A DNA stretch of 62,995 nt, the filler included, from Choristocarpus tenellus KU-1152 (taxonomy: Eukaryota; Protista; Phaeophyceae): the NCBI GenBank assembly GCA_964200185.2. It is 10 parts of 10 records of this genome, joined end to end, with 100 filler letters (N's around TTAATTAATTAA, not from the genome) between each part and the next. Parts side by side here need not be neighbours in the genome. Positions count along the whole stretch, not along the records: positions 1 to 7,312 come from CAXNAD020006352.1; positions 7,413 to 16,154 come from CAXNAD020004380.1; 8 more parts are not named here. One strand, 5' to 3'. The position numbers and the translations under genes are program-made. Of this stretch, positions 1-12,018 are shown in pieces; within the stretch, counting starts at the first letter, position 1, and each line of letters begins with the position of its first letter. Below the pieces are notes generated by a model. That model was not told the DNA's origin. It made no database searches and saw only the letters and a list, made by a program, of their open reading frames with translations.

Positions 1-1612
1 GGTACCCCCTGGTGTGACCCCCCTCGTTTGTGGACCCCTCGCACTGGTCTACCCTTCGATGGAGGCGTTGACCGGCCCTGGTATGCCCTGAAAACCTCCA
101 GCTTTCGGTCTGCACTTAGCCTGCCCATGATTCGGAAAGCCCCAAAACGGTTACGACCCCGGCCGTCCACGTTCCATCCTCCAGATGAGTTCCGTGCAAA
201 CTCCAGCCGAAGATCTAGCTCCTTCACCTGCACCGGGGGTTTTGGCCGCTCCTGAACCAAGAAGTGACCTTCATATGATCCTGTGTGAGGGAATGATAAC
301 CCAACCTTCCTCCTCGAAGACCCCATTCCGTCACCATCACCCCCCTCATCATCTGGTGGAACTGCCTTGAATTCAAATGGGCTTGTAATGCCATCTTTTG
401 CATCCTTCTTGGACATGGCCCAAAAGCCAGTGCACTGGTGCTCTCCTGTGATTTCATCAACATTAAAGTGTCCAACCATGCATGGCATCGCCTGCTCTGG
501 GTCTCGGGTTGGTGATGGTAGGCTAACATCCTCATGATCCATTTCAACGTCTGCTGATCCCCTGCCCTCCGACACCCTGATAGGCTGACCTGATCCCATC
601 CCTATCACCCATTCTCCTGCCTTCTCCACGGAACTATCAGCATCCCACCCTGCCGGAAGAGATGAAGCACGAAATACCATAACCACAGGTCCCCTTGGCG
701 ACCTATTGGGAGATTTCTTACAATTTCCCCAGGTGTGCGCTGTAGCTGCATGCGTTGGCTCATCAGGATTTGCGGTGGCAGTTTCTTCTGTTGGCGTGGA
801 GAAGATAGGGGTAGGCATGGAAGCTGCGCCTGCTGGTGTTGGGGTTGAAGCAGCTGCAGCGGCCGCTGCGGCAGCGAGGGCCGCTGTGGCTGCAGCAGCA
901 CCATCAAATGACGGCTCAGTGGGCAAGTCCTCCATTTCCACCGCATCGTCCTGAGTTACGACTGCTGGTGCCTCTACCATAATCGCGTCCACCTTCTTCT
1001 CCTCCCATCGGCGATCCACTACCATCTCCTGTCCACCCTCTTGCCCATCCCACACTCGCTCCATATCCATCCCCTCATCATCGTCCGAACCAGAGCTCGT
1101 ACCCGAGTAGTCGTCCACTGTCGGACTACTCCTTGCACAGAGTGACGGTTTCGCCAATCCATTCCCAATCGGGACAGCCCCCCCCTGCTTAGTGCTATGT
1201 TCTGGCACTCCAGCATCAGGAATCTTGTTTTTGACCTGGCTCGACATTCTCGTCGACTCCTTGATGCCGTCCACAGCAGAGAACCTGAGGAAACGAGAGC
1301 ACCCACAGCGAAGGAATGGGAGTGTGGCTTTCGGCAATGCTTCCTAACGTGGAGAAATTTGAATTGAATCTCCACCTTCACACACATCCTCCACGCAGAC
1401 CAAAGATTAGATACTCATTTGTGTAGAGTCACTATCTACAAACGGCTCCTTGCGCGCACCAAGGTGATCTGGGCGAAAACTACGATTTTTCACCTCTTTG
1501 GTTTTGTTGGTGCCTCCGCCGAATTGGTGGTAACGGCTGGAGGGGAAGACAGATCCGCGGTCATCTTGTGTCCAGTAAGTCCCCAGCTCCCGTGTATGGG
1601 ATCTGCGGCCAT
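1..1612 (-). CDS. 5' part of a large protein of unknown function, truncated at the window edge; low-complexity N-terminus followed by a compact globular-looking domain
   Basis: Frame is open from 1284 to base 1 (absent from the ORF track, presumably because it has no stop). It splices in phase to 1612..1494 through a GT..CAG intron 1493-1285 (AG|G = Arg). It encodes ...FPHTGSYEGHFLVQERPKPPVQVKELDLRLEFARNSSGGWNVDGRGRNRFGAFRIMGRLSADRKLEVFRAY... ATG 1612 is tentative because the frame stays open to ~1960. Confidence 0.7.
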
Positions 1613-3712
1613 CGCCCGTGGAACTGATGGGGGATGGTGGACGGCACCGGCAAGGGATGAGACCGAAGCCGTGCCGTTGGTTCTCTTGGAAACGAAGTTT
1701 GTGATGTGGTTTCCAACCGAGGAGAAAGCGCAGCCTGTTAGCCTTCCCCCAATCGTTGAACGTGTCAAGGACGATGAAAGATCACTCACACGCCGCCAAC
1801 ACAAATTATTTATAGACTGGAAGACGTGTTTAAGTCCCCCACCGAGTCGGTTGGGTGAAATCCGAACAAACACCTCCCTTCTTCGGACGGTTCGAGCCCT
1901 CGACTTGGTCAAGGTAGGCCGAGGCGATCGCAGCGGGATGTCTGGGATGTCTTTTTTCACAGGTTAGTGTCCTCGAAAGGAGATGTGGACCTCGCCCTTG
2001 AGAATGGTATTTTTCCTCCTACCCCACGCTCACCCCCTCCCACTCAGACCTCCAATCGTTCGACTTTTGAAGAGGCGGAACTGTAGACTCCCCAAAAAAT
2101 AATAGGTCGACCTCCAAGGCACTCTCCCTACTCGACCCCCCCTTCCTGGAGCACTTCAGGCAGCCCGGGAGCTTGGGGAGCCCAAGGGCATCACCACATA
2201 CCTCGCCACACAGACACAAAAGGTACCTCGAACAAACCTTTCTTATCCACGCAAAATCCCACTTGATACAATTTTCCCCAGTCAAACTTCAAGTCAAACC
2301 TTGAGGTCGAAAAATAAATTAGGGGTTTGTGTCAAGTTTTTGGAAGTTGTCACAGACTGAACAACAATGAGAATAGAGGGGGGGGGAGTGATTTTGGAGT
2401 CAATATCTATTTTTCTTATTGTTTGTAGCCCCTCGCGCGAAAGTCGTATCTCTCAACATCTTACAGTTAATATACTTCCAAGTAGTGTTGAAATTACTTT
2501 TAATGAAACACGCGGAAGAGCGCGCCGTACCCCCATCCCGCCTCTGACTTTTGACACAATAATAATATGAAAACAATATATCAGAAAATAGAAAAAATAG
2601 AAAAGGACGGAGGGACTTCAAGAACAAAGACACACGCAAAATTGGAGAGATCAAAAACTGCCACTTTTACAAGAAAAAAAATGAAGACACGTGTCAGTAA
2701 TTTGTTTGATGGTATGTGGTTGGATCGTTGGTAATTTGTTTGGTGACTTACCTCTCTTAACTTAATACAATGCTATACCCTGTGATTGGTGCTTCACACC
2801 TTCCTAACAGCGCATTTACGTGGTCAACATAAGGGCTTTATTGACCCTTGCGTAACAAAGAGCTGCATGTACAAGGCAAAAAAATATTCAAACGCGTACC
2901 TTCTTCAACTTAAAATGCGAGATGCTGGAATAACTGTTGGCAGGTTGGGAGTATTGACAGCAGGAATTTGTTTTGCCAAGATCAGGTAGAGGAGGAGTGC
3001 ATTCTCCGTTTTTCTTGTTGTCGAAGGCAATTTAGTTCCCGAATCCAATGCCAGGTTCAAACAGATGTGAGTGTGGGTGCTAATATTTTTTCTGCTTCCT
3101 AGTTTATGAGGTCATGCTGTCCTGATGCTTTAAACCTACAAGATAACATATTACTATATGTTGAGTTGAGTACAGGCAGGCTAACGGCATTAGCAGCGAC
3201 AACTGACGCTCGGTTATCTTACAGCGTAAGCTGGAGAAGGTATCAGTAATCGCGGTCAGGATAGTTCATTATGGCGATCATAGACTTACATCGTGATTGA
3301 CGGGAATACACATCAAACTCATTCGTCGACAGGTTTATTCGTCCACACCCATTATCGCCCTTAGCGTCGTCCGAGGAGCTCAAAGTTTGAGCCAGGTCCC
3401 GTCTATCCAATACGTTTTTTTTTGTCTGGTGCAACTAGGTTAGTCGGCAACGTCCCAAATATAAATTGTCAGCAGTGATGGGGTGGGCGACAGGGCTACC
3501 GATTAGCTTGGAATGAATCAGCGGCCGCGTATAGTGCGCCGTGAACTAAAAATACCCCCCTGATGTTAGTGAGATCCATTGGAGGCAAAAAATTGGGGTG
3601 TCATTTCCTTGAGGTATGATTGTGTGTATGAAGTACCTGTTTTTTTTGTATTGGGGGTTGGAGACTGACTTTGACCTGAACTCGACACCAGAGTGCAGTC
3701 TCCACCCTCCAG

Positions 3713-3853
3713 TCTCAAAGTATCTGGGTGGGGTGGCGGCTGTCCATTCAGGGCACATTCTTCCATGTCGCGATTATTGGGTGATTTGGTTGTATGCGTC
3801 GGATGGATAATGTAAGTGCACTTCTCCTGGTCAGGGCCCAAATGGACACCTGG
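3713..3853 (+). mobile_element. MITE family B2, partial
   Basis: TCAAAGTATCTGGG... with an internal sequence shared with 56211-56383 (GGTGATTTGGTTG...CGTCGGATGGATAATG...CCAAATGGACACC). Confidence 0.75.
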
Positions 3854-6351
3854 TCGCCACCTTGTCTTAACTCCTGACGCTCGCTCTGTTGTGGCTTTTT
3901 TGGAAATCAACGTAAACCACGGTATCTACAGATTCACACTTTTTTTGTCCTCCAGTATTCCTATCCAAAAACTCCTCAGGTCTCCTAACGGGGGCTATCC
4001 CCTTTCCTTCGAAGTCTGATCATCTATATCAGCACCATCAGAAGTTTATAATCCTGTTAAAAGCAAGACCAGTAGTAGCGGTACGTTTATGGGCAGATCT
4101 CTTTATCACGAAAACACTAACAGGTTTACATATTTTTGCAGTGCCAAACCATCGTACTACTCTTATCCTTGACCAAGGAGCAATACTCATCACAGACCTC
4201 TTTCTTTTCCATCACCACCTACATGCCACGGGAACTCACCCAAAGCTTTACTAGCAACAACAGAGTATGAGGATGAGACCAGTCCGGAATACGTCAAGGG
4301 ACCAGTGGATTACGACATCAAACATGTCTGTAGGTTACTACCTAGGCTCTTACACAATAAATCCCAATCGCCCTTTTTGAGGATATAATGTATACTTCCC
4401 TACTGTTATTGTAGTACTAGGATTTCATGGTGCTCATATCGTGGGTTTTATTGCTCTTTGCAACCCTGGAGACTTTGCTGGTCATTTTCTCTATGTATTG
4501 TAACATATTGGTGACGATATTAACAATTGTAGGTCTTGATAAGATGAACTAGTACCAGTCTTAAAAAATCGTCCTTTCAAACAGGTGCTTCTACAACCGA
4601 AGAAAAAAAAAATTATGCATCAGATTTTCATCCGAGGAAATTGTTGTGTGCATACTTCACACGCAAATACGTATATTTAAAGCGGTTTTTAAAACAGTAG
4701 TTCGAGTAGAAATACTCCAGAGAATAAATTTTAAAAGCCGTGAAGTTTTCGTAGACACATCATTATGGTGGAGAAATAACCAGGCACAATAAGGCCACAC
4801 AATATATTATAACAGAACCTGTATTGCCTACAGCAAAGGCCTTCCCCCTACACAAAACAATAAGATTTGTTACTGCTAAGAAGCATAACTTATCCAGTTC
4901 CTGCAACCACCCTACTGTGGCTAAGTGCTGTGTCATTATAATTGTCCATAAAACAGTTGTTTGTCATCCCTTCATCATGCAGTGCTACTTCTCCAACTAA
5001 GAACATCATGAGCGATATCATGGTCAATTCCCATCACTTTCAGTAGCCGCCACTAATGCTCTAGATGATTGGCAGTACATGCTCTGGTTCCGGAAGGCCT
5101 TGTTGTGCATCGAATGGTCTCACCATATTTGCACGTGAACGATTACCCAAATCCTCGTGTCATCCGCATTCTGCTGCTGTACATTTTTTTATTGTTTTGC
5201 CAACCATGATATGACTAGAGGTAGCAGTTCACATTACTACTCAATACTTCAAAATAGAATTATCTTAGCATATGTCATACAAATCTGCCTGTCCTGGGCA
5301 GTACCTGTCTGCATGGTGGTCTCTACGTACCAAGTGCAAAAAACATTACACAACACATATATTCACAACTCTCCTAAGAAGTATACAAAAAACTCATCGA
5401 TGATGGAACTCAAGTATGCAGAATCCCTGGAAATGGAGCCTTACATCGTGAGTCACCCCCTTACAGATATAGTATCACAATACAAGTGAAGGAATCGCCT
5501 TGCTCATAGCTGCAGATTTATGATGCAGAAATCGTCTAACCAAAAAAAACATGAATTTTGTAGATTCTTACCTGTGTGCTCTACATTTTGTACCTGATAC
5601 TCTTTAAGATACTGCCTGTCATGTGCCGACACTACTACAGTAAGCAGTCAATCGAAAAAATGATGATGTCATTCCGGTAATAAACCACATGTCCACCCAC
5701 TTGGTGTCCTTCATAACGAAAAGAAGAGGGCACGCTAACCTATATCATGCATTAAGTGACCATAGTTAACCCCCTCAGCCGGCAGCATAAACATTGAAAT
5801 ATGCTAAGAGGGTCAATTGCAAGCCTGGGTCCCACCACATGACAACCAGTAGCCAATTCTATCAAGAACACCCATCACCTTGTCTGCGATGAAGTACACC
5901 TACTTCAATAAAGGGCTTGACACATTTCATACCAACATGCCGCAAACAATACATGAGACGCATGATGAACGTGCAACATCAACACAATAAATTGACAAAA
6001 AAATTCAAGCATCTCTGAAACATTACAACACAATGCCACAAATGCTATCACATCATTCTTCCACTAAACAATAGTGCAGAACTGAAGTGGTACATGGCAT
6101 CAGTACAACAGGCTGCAGTGGGCCAAACCGAACTACCAACAGAGCACTGACAAACAAAAACAGAAGAGGAAGGCATGCCAGTTGTACACTTACATTAACT
6201 GAAATAGGCAAAGAAGAATAAAACAGCCGTGGAGCAGCACGTGCTGTGGCATAAAGGGATGTGATAGTGTGACTGGAATATCCAAGTCATGGCAAAGCCA
6301 GTACCACTAACATCAAAGTGCATATTATACCAGCCCTCTTTTTCTTCAACA

Positions 6352-7161
6352 CTAGGCAATCTGAGCTCCAGCTAGGGAATCTGTGACACATGCTCCTCTC
6401 GAAGTGACCATTGGGCGCCCCTGGAAAGTTGCCACCCTGTCAGCATTCGTGCAGAGGTCTGGTGCCAGTGCTTCGAAGGCCTTCTTCTTTTTCACCTGTT
6501 CAAGGCGGGAGTAGGACAGGTAGAGCACCAACTATAGCTGGTTCACTTTGTTCTGAAGCAACAAAGTACTTCAAAGTGTATGCTTTTAGTAGTCATCACA
6601 CACAAGAACACTGAAGGAACTACAATCTTATCTCAATGTACCTTAATCCTTCAACAATCATGGGATACTTGCCTGGGGGGTGCAAGCTACAGGTGGTCTT
6701 ATGAACTCATAGTATTTGTTGTGACAACGGTGGTTTTTCAAAATATTCTAAATAGAACTTTCATCCAGACCACATATCTACTGATTCAAATCGCAAAATC
6801 TCCAAAAGTCAAATTTCTGTTAGGGTTTGATCAAGGTCAGAGCAGCCCCCTCCGAGGTCACAAGATCAGCCCAACAAGGTTGCAATAGCATACATCTCTG
6901 TGGTGGTATCTACATAAACCTTACATCAAATATCTACATTAACCTTACATCAAACCTCTAAAAACAAAAGACGAAGCTGGAAGAGGCTTCATCAAACATC
7001 AAGATATCACCACTTGACAGGCACTGTAGATGACAACTACCAAGCACTAAGTACTACTGTTCAACACCCACCTGAGCAGGCTTTAATGGTTCACCCTGGA
7101 GGCCTTCCACCATGACCCGCTCCCCAACAGTAGATCCTACTGGGGGACGAACTAGTTCCAC
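6352..7161 (-). CDS. Last two exons of an EMAP-II/Arc1p/Trbp-type OB-fold tRNA-binding domain protein (AIMP1-like, or the C-terminus of an aminoacyl-tRNA synthetase)
   Basis: Exon 7161..7072 (VELVRPPVGSTVGERVMVEGLQGEPLKPAQ) and exon 6495..6352 (VKKKKAFEALAPDLCTNADRVATFQGRPMVTSRGACVTDSLAGAQIA*). Both are phase 0 with CAG/GT borders and match the typical EMAP-II C-terminal pattern. Upstream exons are lost at the contig break. Confidence 0.85.
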
Positions 7162-7312
7162 CTGTACACCATTTTTGTGATATTCGAGTGGCGCATGGTG
7201 GGGATGAATAAGCCTTTGGGAAATAAATGAATTACTGAAAGAGCTACTATGAGAAGGTGGGCGGGGGGGAAGGGGAGGGGGGGGGTTATTAAAAAGATGA
7301 ACACTGGCAACA

Positions 7313-7412
7313 NNNNNNNNNNNNNNNNNNNNNNNNNNNNNNNNNNNNNNNNNNNNTTAATTAATTAANNNNNNNNNNNNNNNNNNNNNNNNNNNNNNNN
7401 NNNNNNNNNNNN
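7313..7412. other. Artificial contig linker (N44-TTAATTAATTAA-N44)
   Basis: Identical 100-bp linkers at 7313, 16155, 26019, 32386, 35170, 38721, 52648, 55900 and 59316. The 12-mer gives stops in all six frames. There is also a 10-N gap at 27702-27711. Confidence 0.98.
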
Positions 7413-7420
7413 CTCACAAA

Positions 7421-7468
<48 letters not shown>

Positions 7469-10400
7469 CCAGATACTTTGGCCCGGAACTTCAAAGACTT
7501 CTTGAAAGTCATTTGCCTAGCCCTAACCCAGTCATCCACATATCTCTAAAAGTATCCATGAAAACATGATCATCATCATACCCCTCCATTTTCTACAGCT
7601 CAGCCATTGGATTAACTTGAAAAAAAAATTCAATAAAATTTTCAATGGCAATTCAGGTGTGTTTTTGTTTGGTTCTGAGGTACACCTTTTGTTGACACAT
7701 GTGCAGCAAATTGCTTCATGTTGCAAGGTGTGAACGAGGTGTGAGCTAAAGACAAGATGCTGTTATAGGCCAATTCTTCTCTTTTTTTGTCGCCTGTGTC
7801 TATTCATACCCTCCACTACACTAATAAGCCACAACCCTATCTAACATCCCTGACATTGTGCTTGTGTATTTTTCAGTGAAGTTTTTTTTTAATGGTAATT
7901 TTAATCTACTCTCTTTTCTGTATTTTTTTGTTTATTCTTGAATGTGACCATCATGTCTAATATTCATCCACTCACTAGCATACATTGTACAATCCCTAAT
8001 CCCTAATCCACTTTTCTCTCTGTGCCTCTGCTTGTGTCCACCTTTCTCTTGGAATACACCCCCTTACAAATGATGCATCTGCATGTGTGTTTGTGTGTAT
8101 AGCCTTGTGAACAAGGTTGAGAACCTGGAGAATCTCCAAGAGCGTTGATATGTGCAGTAATGATAGGGTTGGGGAGGCAAGAGAGGAAACAAGGACTAGC
8201 ATTAGGGTTAGGGTTCAAAACCACACCCTGCGGTGACCCATTCACCAGTACCAGTACTTTAAAACATGCTCATGAGAGTGAGGGGGAGGAAGAGCAGGGG
8301 ATGAGAACCCACACAAATGACACTAGAGGCTGCCCCCAGACCATTCTCTTGAGTCGCACAAACTCGTACAGTCTCCGCGCACTCTAGTTCCCCTAACCCT
8401 AGGTAAGCAACGTAGGGTTAGGGTTAGGACAGGTATGTCACCATCTGTGACTGATGGTGACATATATTGTTTTTTCTCCTGGAAGTGTACATAGGAGTGC
8501 CATGATGACATAGAGGAGGAGTTTGTGTAGTCAAGCAGTGTGTCTTCTTGTTGGTCCAATCCCTACCTCCCTGCCCCCCCCCACTTCAATATGTGGATAA
8601 AGTACAAGAGTAGGTACTCACTCTTGTGCACCAGCTAGAGCTCTCTGTCATTTCCTTCTTTTTTCCTTTATTCTCAATTGGGTGTGCGTGTGTTTTTATG
8701 GACACGATGACTGAACAGTGACATCATTGTAATTTTTTTCTACATTTGTTACAGCTGATGGGAAAGGACCTACGTGCATAAAACCTATTCTTGAACAAAC
8801 AAAAATAAGATAAAATACTTTGATTTGTGACAGAATTGAAATGAGGCACCCATGTATGTGCTGCACATATATATTTTTTTCTTGGGTCTCTTTTTGGGGG
8901 TGTCCATACTCAAGAGAATGGTTTGGGACGTCACCATCTCCCTCCTACCCCTTTCTCAAGGGGGTAAGGAATCAAGTGTTCTCTCCTTATATACCCTCTT
9001 CCAAGATATGGAGGATTTGTTGTTAGTCTTTGGATCACTTTCAATTGTAGCTTAGATGAAGTGTAGTTTTTGTGTAGAGAACAAGAGTACCTTTTTTTAG
9101 GGAAAAAAGATAAAGATGTATTTCTTGTTGCTGGTATTATTAGGGTTAGGGTACTTGTGAGGAGGTATTTTTTAATCTGTAGTAGACACGATAGTATAGT
9201 TTAGAATGCACTCATCTTTATCATTGGGTTATCTGTAAGATGTTGTATGTATGAGGTACACCTTTTCACAGCAATGGCAGCACACTAGCACTGAAAAAGA
9301 GGTTTTGGTCGTCGATGACACGCGCCCAACCACCACAAGTTTTTATTCTCAGAAGATGGCCAACAAATATTTTGCTCCTAGTGTGTACATCTGCCGACTT
9401 ACTCAATCAATACAGATCGATACAATCTTCGTTTGGTCTGACCTGGAGCTTTGTCTACTAACAATACGGAAATTGATGTCACTTCAATAACGATGTATCA
9501 TGTTACACTACTACTGTTGGAACTTCTTGTACCAACAAAGGGAGAACAAAGTCTTCGGGTATATTCTTAATGCACACCCCTTTGTGTTTACATAGTTCAA
9601 AGGGGTTCTATTTTTGCACTGGTAGGCTTTACATTGGACAAAGCAAAGCAGCTAGCCTGCTGGTCAAAATGTTTTGGTAGAGATATGTGAACTGCTGGCT
9701 ACAGCACAGATGGAACCTTCCACAAGCTTATAGGACCACATTGAACTTTGTATCAAAACTAAATCTCACTGGGTGACCTCCTAGGATCAGACTGAACCCT
9801 TAAGAAATGTAACCCTATCCCTAACCCAGATAAAACAAACTGGGGGGACAAACCCTCTGCAAAGGCTAACCACACAAACAGGACTCTTGACTGCTACGTG
9901 GACAACACATAATTTATGGAATGCAATATTTACTTTGAAGAAGAACCTACAATACCACACCCACACTTGTGGATGAATTGAACCTCTTCAAGAATGTCAC
10001 ACACATAGTGATCATTACCAGCCCCAACACACCTGTTTGAACAGTGCATGCCTGCAAAACTGGTCCATTGGAATCATGCGTGCCAGGGGAATTACCAGGT
10101 CAAAGTTTGGATTGGATATTTCAGAAACATGCTGAACCGGACCTAAATCCAGGCTCGAATTTTCAGAAGCCTCATTCACACCAAAACACCGTCCAGACCA
10201 GACTTTCTGGATATCTTCACGTTTCAAGAGTGGGCCTTCCAGAAACATGCAAACCAGACCACGGTCTCGATTGAACATTTGACAAACCTTGTGACATGGA
10301 ACCAGAAGTATCACAAACTTGAGCATGTACATGGCGCGGTCTATGCAGTTGAACCTTGCTTTCATGAACATAGAAAAACTGCTAAATTGTAGAAGACCTG

Positions 10401-12018
10401 TTGTGAAAATGGATGGCCTCAAAAATATAACGTGTTGAGGAGTGAAAAGTCTGGGACAGGATTGTGTCCAAAAAGCTGCTTGTTAGTACCCGTTGTTCAT
10501 GGTCCTTTGCTTGCTCCATTCTTTTTCTTTTTCTTTTTGCAGCTAAGAAAAAAATATATATATATCCTATTTCAACATGTATAAACCTACGAAATTAAGG
10601 TATTAAGCTCATTTTCATACATGAGAGTACTGGCATGAGGTTTTAGAGCTTGAAGGATCAAATATTTTCTTCTACAGCTCACACTCAATGATTGTTGTTC
10701 TGTTCTAGCTATAGTGACTGCAGCGACAAGCAATACACACCGGCACAATTTGCTGCCAGCCTACCACAACAACCAAAAAAGGACTCCATCTTGACGATCA
10801 TTGTTGTCCTCTCCACGAGCAAAAAGAGAGTGGTTCACAATTAACAAGAAATGGTACTTCCAAATTGGAGTTGATTACAATGTTCCTCAAATTTAGGGTA
10901 TGTGGTGAAGTGGCAAAGCACCCCCTTCAAGAGTAAGGGTTAGGGTTAGGGCAATAGTGGCAAAGCACCCCCTTCAAGAGTAAATGTGATACGGCAATAG
11001 TGTACTGTAAGATAACTCATCAAGTTCATCCATCTGCTCTGTACTTGGTGTTTTGTACCAGGCCAACTTGTGTCAACTGTGCATAGAACATAGTCATTGT
11101 AGTGGAAGTAGTAACTATCACAAGACGCCAACCTACTGATTGCTATCTATCCTCCAAACAAAAAAATAAAAATACAACATAAATATGTGTACGTGCGTGT
11201 GACAAACATCACCCTATTTTTTTCTGCCAGCAGATCAAATTCAAGTGTTGAAAAGATAAATGTGAGGTATTGATACCAGCTAGCCAGATAGACAGTTGCC
11301 CAGGGGAAGGGGACATCAGTTGTTTCACCGGGACCCTGTAATTGTGGACTGTAATTGTGGACCAAGAAAGCGCAACTCAAGACATGTCATTCACACCTTA
11401 CAGAACTGATTAGCCTCAGAGAATTTAAAATAGATTCACCTTACTCTGCAATGATAACATATGTCACAACAGTAATGGGAAGATATTCCAACAAAGGAGT
11501 ACAGCACAGCACAGCAGAGTGAAAACAATTACACCACTGGAGGAGAACACCGGACACAAGGCGAGTTCCCTTCATCCATTGAGGAATGAATGTCCTGCTT
11601 TTGGGTCAAGACAAATGAACTGAGCAACAACGATAGGGAGAGAGGGACTACAGGACACACGCTGAACAAATGACTCAACTAAAGCTCCAGACTATGAACA
11701 GTAAATCACACAGACATGCAAATTTCAACTACAATAGAAAAATGGAGGTCACAATTTTTTCTTCTCTGCCTATAAAGCAGGGCCGAATAGTGCATCCAAC
11801 CATCATCCCTTCCTCACACTAAGCTATCAAAACCATTGTCACCCTTTAATTGTGACAAGAGCACGTAACACTCCTTCTTCCTACCTCACACTACTTCCTC
11901 ACTAAAAGTATCCATCACAACACATTGATTCCTTGTCACTTCTATACATGCTTCCAAAAACAGAGACAGAGATGTCTCACAACAAGAGCCCCAACAAGCC
12001 TACAAGGAAACTACACTG

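Noticed and set aside
2900-5600. Possible spliced gene with scattered GT/AG signals
   Set aside because: I could not build a phase-consistent, stop-free model.
7357-7368. TTAATTAATTAA palindrome as a biological motif
   Set aside because: Always embedded in N44 flanks; it is an assembly linker.
9500-10500. Degenerate coding-like region
   Set aside because: No recognisable motif and no consistent splice model.
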